From the NCBI GenBank assembly GCA_973895155.1, contig OZ316899.1:16023974-16087973 (forward strand): DNA of 64,000 nucleotides. The letters run 5' to 3'. The position numbers and the translations under genes were made by a program. Below the pieces are notes generated by a model, which was not told the DNA's origin, ran no database searches, and worked only from the letters and a program-made list of their open reading frames with translations. This document shows positions 36,561 through 49,008 of this stretch, piece by piece. The stretch's first letter is position 1. The number at the start of each line of letters is the position of its first letter. The stretch comes from Marsupella aquatica (taxonomy: Eukaryota; Plantae; Marchantiophyta).

Positions 36561-38175
36561 CACTAGTGCATTTTGGGGCCTAGTCCGATTCTCACCTTCC
36601 GATGATGCCAAGGTTTATGATTCTATTCTAATTGGATGTACGATCCAACCGTCCAAGCCAACGCGTATCGGACCTTGCCATTAAACTAGAATTGGACTAT
36701 CACCATTCCAACCCAATCACAAATGGGCCGTCACTACGATAGGAAAAGTTGGATTGTTTGTCCAAGCCAGAAACAATTGGACCGCTTGGTCCGATTCTTC
36801 TCCAATGCTAGATGAATTGGAACCCCTTTCCAAAGAAAACATAAGCACATTTTCCGATCAAATTAGAATTGGAAGTTGCCATTCAATACAAATTGGAAGT
36901 TTTCAATGCGCATGGAATTGGATATTCCAAGGTTTTTAGGATTGGACAATTGTTTCCAAGTGGTAGGCAATGGGATTCATATTTGCAATACAAATACAAT
37001 GAGATCTTGGTCCAATTGTTGGTGCAATGGACTTTGTGGTCCAACTCTTTGGGAATTGGAAGTGTGTCTACGATTCATTTAGAATTGGAACCTTTGGCAA
37101 GGCCAGGGCGTCATCCCTTATTTGCTCATGGAAAGTATTGACCGGTCCTGAATCATGTGTAGCATAGCCTTTAATTTGTAGTCTGTGTTCCTAGGATGAG
37201 AAATCTTATGCCAATGGCCATTCCTATCTTTACAATGCACTACCCTATAATGGTTACCAAAAGTTTTCGTTAAATTGTAAGTCAAAGCCTTTTGACTCGA
37301 TGAAAAAAATTCTTGCGGTCAACAAAAACAGTTGTCTTCATTGTCATCTAGGTCAAAATTCTATATATATTGTATCCCTAAATGAACTTAACCACGCCCC
37401 AAAAGGAATTGTAGCAATTTGAGGAGGACATTGGTTTGTTTGGCGATCTAACATTGATAGGTAAATTGGTTCCCATATGGTCAACATAGAGCTTTCATAA
37501 TTGACCACGCAACCCAATGTCATGATACGCAAGAATTCATCAAGAATTGGCCCAAACTGTGGATCTAAACGAACTCAGAGGTGTATAAAAACCCCAGGCA
37601 CTCTATAAGAAACATCAAATGTGCCTAAGGTTGCATGTACAACGCAAGAGCTAAGAACTAGGAAGTTAAGCACCTATTGAGAGGAATAGTGTTTGGGATG
37701 GGTGACCTTACTTCTCTAGTAGCCCACAATCTTGCTAAGACTTGAAGCCTCACACAAAAGAATACACCACTTAGCTAGTGATATGCAACCCGTAGAGGAG
37801 TAGGATCAGGCCGGGGCAGCGCTAGGGCCGCCAATTGGGGAAATCGCACTTCAATTTTTGATTTGATTCTAATTGGGACCCCTGTCCCATTGTAGTACAA
37901 TAGCACAATAGTTTCCGATTGCGAAGTACTTGGAAATGGTCATGCCATTCTCACATAATTGGACAATTGTTTGCCATTTCTTTTGAATTGAATGCGTCTT
38001 TCCGATACTAGTTTAATTGGACAAGTCCAATCTCGGTCCGATAACGCTAACCCGATTGTTTGGGGATTGGATGATACAATGCGACTTCAATCGGAACATC
38101 GGTAAAAACTGCAACAATCCGCCGAAGGGGTCCGATTTGAGGAGAATTAGATTAAGGGTGAATTCTATACTAGTG
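36561..38175. mobile_element. Non-autonomous CACTA element (1.6 kb)
   Basis: Ends CACTAGTGCATTTT...TATACTAGTG. 3-bp TSD CTA (36558-36560 and 38176-38178). CCGAT and AATTGGA subterminal repeats. Host protease frame VVHR|LRVDV rejoins. Confidence 0.92.
37654..37708 (+). promoter_or_regulatory. 5S rRNA-derived fragment spanning the internal control region (box A, intermediate element, box C)
   Basis: AGAACTAGGAAGTTAAGCACCTATTGAGAGGAATAGTGTTTGGGATGGGTGACCT compared with plant 5S AGAACTCCGxAGTTAAGCG...AGTAGTACTxGGATGGGTGACCT. The 5S 5' and 3' stems are absent. Confidence 0.6.
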
Positions 38176-39930
38176 CTATGCACTACTCTCGACACTATCC
38201 CCTTTGTGTCATTGGCAAACTTGCACACTAACGGTTGTAACAACTCTTGCACGTCCACCCCAAGACGAGCTGCCGCCTGCCCACTTATGAAGCAGGCGAT
38301 CGCGCCTGTATCCACCAAAGCAACACCCAGATTACCGTTAGAAGTGACATTCACAAAAATCAGTTTTTCAGGATCCATTGTCTTAACTTTAGGTATCTTC
38401 TCTCGCAACAACACCCTCTCTTTGTCAGGGACATCCCCTACAGGGACCTTGTCAGCTACAAAGGGTTCGGTTAGAGCGATACTTACCTTAATGCTCTTCT
38501 GCCCTCCACCATCTCCGTTTGGTTTGCCACCTTTCGTGGAACAATCCCTACTTTGATGGCCCATGGCACCACATGTGAAGCACGAACCTTCAGCCCGCCT
38601 CTGCTCCATGGTTGCCTGCTTCTTTGCTTTCTGTGCCGATGAGGCTCCTTTCTTAAAGTTGTCGGCCTTCCGGTTTCGCTTAGCTTCTCCATTCTGGGGC
38701 TGGGGATCCAAACCACCGGCCCCCACCCCCTCAGGCTGCTTACGCTTATTCCCGGGACCTTTGCTTTCCCATCTTCCCCCTCGAATCCCTTGCCACCCAC
38801 CTTCGCCAAGTCCGGTCGGTTATTCACCAATGTAGTGGCCTTGTCAAAGGCGTCAGAAAGCATTTTGGACTCATGATGCTTTTCCTGTAACTTTTCCCTG
38901 AGCAACGGCGGGAGCTTCACGATAAAGTTGTGAAGCTGTGTATGTAGGGTCTCTTGTCCCGCCAGGATACACGCCAACTGATTTTGGTAATAAGTGATGA
39001 AATTTTGGATATCACCCCTAAAACTCATCTCCGTTACACATTTCTGAGCGTGCCGCTCCGGGTACTTAGTGGTGACATGAGCACGGAGACCCTCAACCAG
39101 GTTTTCCCAAGTTAACGACAAGGAGGAGTCCTCTTGCGACTTCTTCCCTGACTTGTACCAAGTCAAGGCATAGTCCTTCAGGTAAGGAGCGGCTACAGTA
39201 GCCCAAGTGGCACGCTCAACGCACACTTGGAGATGAATCTCCATCATGGAGAGCCAACTCAGGAACTTTTGTCCACTTTGTTCGTAGGCCCCGTCGTAAG
39301 TTGGAGGAGTCGGTAGCTGGTTCACTTGGAACATACTCCGTCCAACTACCATTCCCCCCTTGGGATGCAACGCACTCTAACTTCCCAGACTAAGTAAGTA
39401 CTTAATCTGGGCCCCCTTGTTGTGTTCCAACTGCTCATAGATGAGTCGTTGGTCTTGAGTCAACGGACCCAGACCGTCGTCAGCGGTCGGGCCCTTACGG
39501 GTTGTATGAGGATGGTCCTCCAACCGTCTTTCCTTTGCGGGTCGCCTGTCCTTAGGTTCTCTTGTGGATTTTGGTGAAACCCCCCGCGTCTTGCGAGCAC
39601 CATGACCTCCCGGGACTGAGGTATCACCCGCATCATCCTGGTTCTGCTTGGTCAAATTATCCACGATGATGTCCGGCTCGGCATCATCCTCTGGTTCCGC
39701 ATTCAACCCTCTCAAGGCTGGGATCAGTTCCTTTTCCGGGTCCTGACCCTCTTCCTCTGTCTCAGCTTCAGCGTTGTCATCGCTTGCAGTTGCGTTGGAG
39801 ACGTCATCATCCGACCCATCCTCTGAAGGATCAGCTGCCTCCTTCCCTTTAAGTTGATGGCGTTCTGCACTTGAGTTGTTTGCCGCAGCGGTCGACAGTT
39901 TGGCCGTTGCGTCTTCTTCATCTTGCTTGT
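38176..39930 (-). pseudogene. Family C gag (with CCHC zinc knuckle) and protease N-terminus
   Basis: PTYDG...WLSMME...YLKDYALTWY, CFTCGAMGHQSRDC, ALVDTGA. Confidence 0.88.
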
Positions 39931-40173
39931 AACATTTGTCTAGGGAAGTTGACCCATCCTCCTTCTATTCATCGTGAACTTGGGCTCTCCCCTTGGTGGG
40001 GGGAGCCTGCTTGCCACTCTTTGCATGAGTGTTTTTTGCCATGTTCCCAGTGACCAAATCTGCCCGCAATCGACCTGTCGGGCACATTGAAGCACTAAGT
40101 CCCCGCAAAAATCCGTTAAGATTTTTGGATTCCAACTTAGCATGACCCCGGCCCGATGTCTATGTCGGCAATT

Positions 40174-40185
40174 GCTCTGATACCA
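40174..40185 (-). promoter_or_regulatory. Primer-binding site (initiator tRNA-Met) of family C
   Basis: Minus strand reads TGGTATCAGAGC, 2 nt from the LTR end. Confidence 0.92.
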
Positions 40186-41589
40186 CAAGTGGTGGACCTC
40201 GCCACCCAGCGCCCTCACCAATCCCAGCACTCGCGCCTAAGTGCCCTTGGTGCCCGAACGCCTCCACGGAATACCTCGAGCAAGCATCCAAGTGCCTCTT
40301 GCACCACCTACAGCCACTCCCATACAAAGCCGCACTTGCTCACCTACACGACCGCTACTCAACGGTCCTCACTGTCTGCACAAACTAGCAAGCACCTCGT
40401 TAAGTAACCCCTCTGGATCTAGAACTCGCCCAGTCTAGCATCCTAACTCTAGCTCAACCGACGTTGGTAAATAGGTCAGTGATAGGTCCTCCCGATGCCA
40501 TAAGCCGGAACCGGAACCCACGCCCACTGTCCGTCCAGGACAGCTCTTTCCCTGGGCGCGGCCCAGGTTCCCCCTCGTACCTATCCATCACCAACTGACC
40601 GCCCTGACCTCAGGACATGCTCATGGCCCAATTAGCGTAGCTTGTCTCAACACGCCGGGACCAGAATGGCCCCGACTCTACCAACCGCTCCCGGTTTGCC
40701 CCACTGATGGTCTAGGGACCAAGCGCCCTTGGGAATCAGCCTCCATACCTACTTGGCCTTGCCTCACCAACACAAGCTCCCTTGGGAGAATAAACGCGGC
40801 TTGGCTGCTGTTCGGCAGGATTTGGCAAACGGCAGAGCTAACACCCGCAAACCACGAGAACCCATGGCACCCCTAGACCCAGCTGAGCTCAGGAGGGCGT
40901 AGCTCTCCTCAAGAGCTTTCCAACGCACATAAGAAGTCCTCCAACGGACTTCCCATTGGGAAGATATCGCCATTTTGGTTTGGCGGTTTCCCTTAGTGTC
41001 GCGACCGTCGTGGCTCACGACTTCGCCCTTAGCCCCCAGGGAGACACCACTCCCCTCATATATGCTTTTGGAGACCTGCCACCCCCGGACCAGCTTTGAT
41101 CCCTAAACATTTGGCCCCCAACCCGTATCCCATCGCGCATTATGGGCCCGCCACCAACTGACAACGCCCATAACTTCCTTGATAGGCATCCGCAAGCGGA
41201 GTGCCTTAACCCGTTGTGACCGGGCCGACCCAGTGCTCATGCCTAGGCCCTCAGGTCTGTTCGCCGCTCGGGGCCCCCGACCAGCCCAACCCGGATCGGG
41301 CCATAACTTGCGCCCCAAGCGTCCGTTGCCAATGGCGTCAACTCCATTGGCCTTGGGCCCAAGAGGAGCTCACTCCCAAGCCCATCCGACGGTCCGGACG
41401 GCCATCCTTGAGCCCGGCCCATTTCCCCTTGACCCGACCAGCCATAGGCTAGTCCAAGTCCTTAGTTTGTGTCCCCAGCTTGGCCCCTTGCCTTGCCAGT
41501 GCCACGTCTCATTGGCCACAAGTCTCCCCATGCTAAGTCCTCCCCGGATGGCCTATCCGGGCCTGGACCATAAGGGAGCTCGGTGTCGG

Positions 41590-44500
41590 TGTGATGCCTA
41601 ACCAGGAATCACTAGGCCGGTTAAGTGGGAAAACGGAAGTGTACCCTAGAAATACCTTAGTATAGTTACAAGAATGAGGAAAATATAAACAATTAAGAGT
41701 GACTATGGAACCCGGACCGAGTCCGGAAGTAAGGACGCCGGGGAGAGAATACGATTAGGGTTAGGGCGCACTAAGTGTCGGCGACTAGGGGTTACCAATG
41801 ATAGGGAAGACCAGAGGAGGAGAGGGGTAAGGACAGCTCGCGAGGAATGGTGGCTCATTTGCAAGCACAAACTGGGCAGACGACTACGGGAGGCCAACTA
41901 CTGTCAACTGCTTAGACAAGCACTCTGGGCGGGAGCAGATACCAACAAACAACTCAAGGAGGGTATGAACAACGTCAATCAAGCGACACATTTTTGGGGA
42001 TGCCTGTTCAAACGGGCAACTGAGTACATTGGGACTTACGAGGACGAAGAATCAGAGAGAGCAGCTCGAGAACGGCAGGAGCTCGCTCGACTATGGGAGT
42101 TGCAAAGATCTGCCTTCTTAGGAGGAGCATTCATCAAGGCCGAGTTCTTGTGGACTCCTACTGCCAATCAGCTTGACGACCTTCTGTGTTGCGAAAACAG
42201 GATCGTCGGCATTCGGGAAGCCATCAACTGCTGCAACGACATACACTGGGAGTTGAAGGGTACCATGGAGGGGTGGACAAAGGCAACCGTGCTAGGAGAA
42301 ACATCCACGGCAGCCGAGATGAAGAGGAAAGGAAACAACAACGAAGAGGCCACCCCGGCAAAAAGAACAAGGTCGGCGGCACCAAGGAAGCCAGCAAAGT
42401 AGGGAAGCAGGAGGCAGGCGGAAGCCGAAGAGGAGGAGGTTGATCCCATCAATGCCATTCCAACAAAGGATGACACCTGGAAAGGCTGGGCGGCGACCCT
42501 ACCAGAAGAAGTGCAACTGCATTTTGCACGGGAGGAGGATGCATGCTTTACGGCCATGCAGACCAAGAAGTACCAGGGCTTCATGGCCGGATCCGGCTTG
42601 GAAGCCTTCGTAAAATTACCATGGCTGAAGCCGGAGGTGCCGGATTCAGACTTATTAGAATTCATGGGATCATGGGAGCCTGAGACCAATTCCACAAGGG
42701 TGTATGGGAAGGATTTCTATCTCACTCCCCGGGTGATTGCCAAAGTGTTTGGCTTGCCAATGGGCAATGAGACCAAAGTAGATACCAGGAAGACCTTACC
42801 AGACAAGGAGTTCCGGTCGTTTCCAGGGCCATCAACAAAGAATGGCTTCTTTCAAAATACCTGCACCAACCCACACATACGAGAAATGATTGATTTCTTG
42901 CGGGTGACCATGCATTGTAACTTGCCGAGGGCAGAGATCGGCAAGGCACGGGTCTATCTGGCAGAGAGGCCAGACCCAAGCCAAGACTACAACGGGTACC
43001 TCCTCACCCAACTAAAGAAGATCTTGAAGGAGGAACAGCAGGTGATCGGCATGGGAAGCGTGTCCCGGCTTGGCTATCACATGCCGTTGTTGTGACGGTA
43101 TGCCAGAAGTCAGATCTTTGCCCCAATACTTCCCCTGCGGGCGAGGGCACCAGAGGAAGTCCCGGAGAAGAGGCCGGCAACAGAGGAGCCCAACCAGCCC
43201 GCCAGTCCTACGATCGAGCAGATGTTTCGGCCAAGAAAATAAGACTTGCCGATGCAGCAATCAGGCATGCAGAATCTGCTGAAATTGCAGGAAAAGGAGA
43301 AGAGAACGGCACCGGCAACGGCACCGGTACAGGACACTGCCCCAGAGGTCGGCCTAAGCCGACTCAGGAGGGAAAACCCCTTTATCGGAGCCAAGGTGAG
43401 AAGGAGGCCAGAACACAAGCCGGGAGTTTGAATGTATGTGGGAGCCTCCAGCCCCAAATCGGAGGCAGAGCAGCCTAAGGCTCCTGCCCACGGAAACCAG
43501 AGGGAGAAGACAGCCTGGAAGCCAGAGGAGGAACCAGGGCCCATGATCTGTGAGGCCGTTTTTACGGCAGGACCAGGAGAATAGAGGGGGAAGCCGGGAG
43601 TCCAAGTAGTGGAGGAGGCGGTGGAGGACTACAGCAATGATAACTTTGGCTATGGGTCGGATCATCATGTTCCAGGAGTAAGAACCTATGGCCGCTTTAT
43701 CCCCACGCTTCCAAGAGTAGTTCGAGGGGATCCCACCCAATAGAGCAGCCCCGAGTCCCCCCCCACCAGATGTCGCTCCCCCGAGCTTTGATGACATAAA
43801 CCAGACGGCACAAAAGTTTCAGGAGCGACTCAAAGAGGAAGAGACGGCAGCCCTGGCTAGGGAGAAAGATTTACCAGGAGGAGATTGGCCGGAGGACATG
43901 AGGCGGCTTGCCAAAAAAAGAAGCAACCCTCTTGCCACCATAGAAGAAATCCGCAGGGCGGCTTGGGATTAGAGGCCGAGGTGGTTGATGTCGATGACTT
44001 CTACTTACTCCACCTATGCTAAAGATAGAGCCATGGAGTACGGGGAGATGTGTGGGGACCTTGCGCTCAGCATCTTTGGGGAGGAGTTGGAGCAGGGACC
44101 CTTTTTCCAGAGGGAGATATTGGAGAAGCACGAATTAGAAGAAGCGATGGCTTTGGAGAGAAGCAAGAAGGACGAGGTCATCCGGCGGCTTAGGGAGATG
44201 GAAGCCGAGGTGGAAGACCTAAAGGCGGCCAAGAAAGCCCAAGATGAGCTACGGATTAAACGGCATGAGCTAAACATCATGCAGGGGCAGCTGGATACCG
44301 CGCAGTCTGATAATCAGATTATCAAGGATAAACTGACTCAGACCCAAGGAGAGTTGGCCAAGGCGGTCAAAGATAGGGAGAAGTGGAAGCGAGAGCTGAG
44401 AGACGCAGAGGAAGCCCACATAGCAGCCAACAACCGGGCCATGACGGAGACTCAGAGAAGGGAGAGGGCGTTGAAGGGGGAACTTGAGGATATCCGCGGA

Positions 44501-46360
44501 GCCCTAGAGCAGAAGGAGGCCGAGTTAGGGAAATCCTATCAGGCGATTATCGTGCTGCGGCAGGAGCTCGCATCCATGACGGCCAGCTTCAAGGCCAACC
44601 TCCGCGAGAAAGACGACCAGCTCGACCAGACTTATGCCAAGATGAATAAAATGGAGTCTAAGGTTGTTGCGGAGCTCGACAGGGAGCTGAGAGCAACCCA
44701 GGAGGAGAGGGCTACCTTAAAGAAAGAGTTGGAGGAAGCCCATAAAGAGTTGGAGGAAGCCCCGAAAGAGTTGGAAGAAGCCCAGAAGGACCTGAAGGAG
44801 GCAAGGAAGGACCTGGATGAATTGTAGGAGGAGTTGGAGGAAAGCACGCAGAAGATGGAGAACTTACAGCGGCGGGCCGACAACGAAACGGAGCAGCTGA
44901 AAAAACAGGCCGCAGTATTTAAGTGCTTAGCTTCATCTGTTCCAACTCCAATTGTGGGAACCCCGTTACCAGGAGTGGTACTAGCATAAGGACAAGCCAA
45001 GACACACGCCCTGGTGCTGGAGGTAAGTGGCAAAGGGAAGGGACCAGCTGCCGAAACAGGGAAGAAGAAGAAGCAGAAACCTTATGGGTCTGGGAGTTAT
45101 ACAGCTCCTCCAGCCATTGTGACCAAGGAGGTAAACCCGGCACCAACCTCCAGCATGGTCACGACAATGGATCCACCTGTCAAGGAAGGTGGGGATGGCA
45201 AGGACGAGGCCGGGACAACTATTGATGAAGCCGTGGTAGCAAACCCACCGCTAGAGCGAGCCGAGGAAACCATAGCCGGGGAGGTCGTGGCCGATACTGA
45301 TGTTGAAGCCGAGGGTGGACCGAGTCAAGCCGATGAAGAGTTGACTCAGTCTGGGGCAGGTAATCTGTCAGAGGAAGGACCGACTGCAGTGGCTGCGGGG
45401 GAAGCGTTGGGGGCATCCATTGAGGATCCACCATCGGTGTTGTGATGGTGCAAGGGCGCCGTTCCTTTTAGGAAGGGCGGACATGGAGGTAGGAGGCGTG
45501 AGTGGGCAGGGCGGGCTCGGATCTCCAAGTTTAGGCTGAGGATCAGGACCAAGAGACGGCCCTCACACTTAGATTAGTGGGATTGCGGATCCACGAGTAA
45601 GGGCGACACTTGTGCTCCTGCCTCGCTGTACATAGGTAGATTACAGTTAGGTAGATTATTGATAAGTAGATTAGGCTTACGCTGCAAGGAATCAGGCGGA
45701 TCCACAACCAGGATAAGTATCTGGGCTGCGGGGAGTTCAAGGCCTCTTATTTAGCAAGTTTTTAGTTGCACCAGCAGGGTTGGGATCAAGTAGTAAGAGA
45801 AGTTCTCGGTTAGTTATACAGTGACCCTTGTGTATATTCATGTTTCCTCATGCCTAAGAACTGAATAGAGTTGGCTTCACGGCTTAGTTTGCAAAACTTG
45901 TGTATGAGATGTACTGTTTGTATGGCAAGTGCATGGTATAACTCAGTCAGAAGGAGTCATTTTACTATTTGTGCGTCGCATTAACTTGTGTGAAGAGTGC
46001 CCACATCAATGAAGGGAAGTAGCAAGGGAGTGAGAGTTGGATGTGTCGAGCTGAGAGAGGTCTTAGCGGCTTAACCAAGCCAATTGGGGATCATTCCGGC
46101 GGCGGAATCCAAACATACCTAATGGAAGACCAGGAGAGGAATACAAAGGAGGGTCTAGAATAGGCCGACTAAGTATCTCATGACCCGATGAAGGATCTGT
46201 CCAATATATGTGTGTAAAATATTAATAGTAGTAGTAGAAGGAAGTTAGCAGCGTCCCATGCCGCTAAGCCACGGAAACGGCCTCGCCGAGGACGAAACCT
46301 GCGGGAATCGGCCTGCGCAGGGGGGTTTCTTAGGTTTGGGGAGCCATGGGACGCACCACA
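41590..46360 (+). mobile_element. Family D giant solo LTR (4.77 kb), opposite orientation, inserted in the family C 5' LTR
   Basis: TGTGATGCC...GCACCACA. TSD GTCGG/GTCAG (one transition). The empty site GTCGG is visible in the 3' LTR at ~28176. Confidence 0.92.
41705..45445 (+). pseudogene. LTR-encoded accessory protein of family D, second full copy
   Basis: ATG at 41705; ORFs 41965-42402, 42511-43095, 43246-43431, 43985-44827 and 45014-45445. Confidence 0.8.
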
Positions 46361-47755
46361 GTCAGAGTCAGCGACGCCAGAGCTAAGTGTTAAGGTAGTC
46401 GAGTTCCGTGACTCCTTGGCAGGTTGCAGTGCATGGTTACCCGTAAAAAATTGATCATTTCCCCAATGTGTGGGTTGGTGTAGGTGTTTCGTAAGAAGCC
46501 ATTCTTCGTTGATGGCCCTGGGAACGACCGGAACTCATTGTCTGGCAAGGTCTTCCTGGTATCTACTTTGGTCTTATTGCCCATCGGCAAGCCAAACACT
46601 TTGGCAATCACCTGGGAAGTGAGATAGAAATCCTTCCCATACACCCTTGTGGAATTTGTCTCGGGATCCCATGATCCCACAAATTCTAATAAGTCAGAAT
46701 CCGGCACCTCCGGCTTTAGCCACGGGAATTTTACGAAGGCTTCCAAGCCGGATCCGGCCATGAAGCCCTGGTACTTCTGAGTCTGCATAGCCGTAAAGCA
46801 TGCATCCTCCTCTCGTGCAAAGTGTAATTGCACTTCCTCGGGGAGGGTCACCGCCCAGCCTCTCCAGGTGTCATCCCTTGTTGGAACGACATTGATGGGG
46901 TTGACCTCCTCTTCTTCGGCTTCTTCCTGCCTCCTGCCTCCTTGCTTGGCTGGCTTCCTTGGTGCCGCCGACCTCGTTCTCTTTGCAGGGGTGGCCTCTT
47001 TGTTGTTGTACCCTTTCCTCTTCATATTGGCTGCCATGGATATTTCTCCGAGCACGGTTGCCTTCGTCCACACCTCCGTGCTACCCTTCAGCTCCCGGTG
47101 TATTTTGTTGCAGCAGTTGATGGCTTCCCGGATGACGACAATTTTGTTCTCACAGAACAAAAGGTCGTCGAGCTAATTGGTAGTTGGAGTCCACAAGAAC
47201 TTGACCTTGATAAGCTCTCCTCCTAGGAAGGCAGACTTCTGCATCTCCCACAGTCGAGCGAGTTCCTGCCGTTCTCAAGCTGCCCTTTTTTATTCTTCGT
47301 CCTCGTAGGTCCCAATGTACTCAGTTGCCCGTTCAAACAGGCATCCCCAAAAATGAGCAGCTTGATTGACGTTGCTCATACCCTCCTTGAGTTGATAGTC
47401 GATATCTGCTCCCGCCCAGAGTGCTTGCCTAAGCAGCTAACAGTAGTTGGCTTCATGTAATTGTCTTCTTCGTTTGTGCTTGCAAATGAGCCGCCATTCC
47501 TTGTGAGCAGTCCTTACCCCCCCTCGCCTGGTCTTCCTTCCCGTTGGTTACCCCTAGCCGCCGGTACTTAGCGCGCCCTAACCCTAATCGTGTTCCCTGC
47601 CGTGGCGTCCTTACTTCCGGCCTCGGCTCGGGTTCCATGGTCACCCTTAATTGTTTATATTTTCCTTGTTTTTGTTACTATACTAATGTGTTTTCAAGGT
47701 ACACTCCTGGTTTTACTATTTTAACTGGTCTAGTGATTCCTGGCTAGGCATCACA

Positions 47756-49008
47756 GCATAAGTCTGATCGAGCATATCGTCCTTCTCCCGCAGATCGGCC
47801 TTGAAGCTGGCCGTCAGGGATGCAAGCTCCTGCTATAGCACAATAATCCCTTGATAGGATTTCCCTAACTCGGCCTCCTTTTGCTCAAGGGCTCCACGGA
47901 GATCCTCGAGCTCCCCCTTCAGCGCCCTCTCCTTCCTCTGTGTTTTCGCCATGGCCCGATTGTTGGTTGCTATGTGGGCCTTCTCTACGTCCTTCAGCTC
48001 CCGCTTCCATTTCTCCTTTTCCTTGACCGCGTCGGCCAACTCCCCTTGGGTCCGAGTCATTTTATCCTTGATAATCTGGTTATCAGACTGAGCGGTATCG
48101 AGTTGCCCCTGCATGATGTTGAGCTCCAAAGCCACCATTTCCTCCAATCGGCTTTTTTCCAACATCTCCCTCTGGAAAAAAGGTCCCTGCTCCAACTCCT
48201 CCCCAAAGATGCTGAGCACAAGTTCCCCACACATCTCCCCGTACTCCATGGCTCTGTCTTGCGCATATGTGGAATGAGTAGTAGTCATCGGCATCACCCA
48301 CCGCGGCCTTTGTTCCCAAGCCGCCTTTTGGATCTCTTCTAACGTGGGTGGAGGGCTGCTTTGTTTTTCTGCAAGCCAGCGGATGTCCTATGGCCATTCT
48401 CCCCCAGGTAAATCCTTCTCCTTGGCCAGGGACATCTGGTGGGGGAGACTTGGGGCTACTCTGCTAGTTGGGGTCCCCTCAAACTACTCTAGGAAGCGTG
48501 GGGATGAAGCGGCCACATGTCCTCACTCCTGGGACATGATGGTCCGACCCGTAGCTGGAGTCGTCATTGCCGTAGTCCTCCACCACCTCCTCCCCGACTT
48601 GGACTACCGGCTCCCACCGCTCCTCTCCTCGTCTTGCTCCAAACACGGCCTCCTGGCAAACATAGCTCACGGGTCCTGGTTCCTCCTCCGGCTTCTAGGC
48701 TGTCCTCTCCTTCTCTTCATCGCGACCCGGAGCTTTGGGCTGCTCTCCCTCGGCTTCTGGACTCGCGGCTCCCACATACATCTGAACCCCCGGCTCGTGT
48801 TTCGGCCTCCTTCTTTCCTTGGCTTTGGTAAAGGGGTTTTCCCTTGTGAGTTGGCTTAGGCCTGCCTCTTGAGCAGTGTCCTATACCGGTGCTGTCGCCG
48901 CCGCAACCTTCTTTTCCTTCTCCAACAATTTTAGAAGATTCTGCATGCCTGGTTGCTGCATCGGCAAGTTTTCCGTCCTCGGTCTAAACACTTGCTCGAT
49001 CGTAGGAT
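47756..49008 (-). mobile_element. Internal fragment of another family D LTR
   Basis: Colinear with ~31928-33330, with deletions. Coiled-coil ORF 47833-48297. Confidence 0.8.

Larger units (their letters stand above)
26740..46413 (-). mobile_element. Family C chromovirus (Ty3/Gypsy with chromodomain), complete, with three nested insertions
   Basis: 3' LTR 26740-28228. 5' LTR 40188-46413, split by a family D LTR. TSD CCTTG at 26735-26739 and 46414-46418. PBS complementary to initiator tRNA-Met. PPT GCGGGGGGTGCA at 28229-28240 (minus strand). Confidence 0.93.
24077..47755 (-). mobile_element. Family D giant LTR (parts 24077-26739 and 46414-47755), split by the family C element; probably recombinant
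   Basis: Starts TGTGGTGCGTCCC and ends CTAGGCATCACA, like 30276-34963. The ORF reads MHCNLPR|LEIGKA across the family C insertion. Internal deletion ~25092. Flanks GTAAT and GCATA differ. Confidence 0.78.

Noticed and set aside
37654-37708. Functional 5S rRNA gene
   Set aside because: Only ~55 nt of a ~120-nt gene, diverged, with no terminal stem or T-run terminator, and located inside a TE.
38013-38175. C-terminus of ORF 38013-38726 as part of the protease
   Set aside because: It reads into the inserted non-autonomous CACTA; the real protease continues at 36560.
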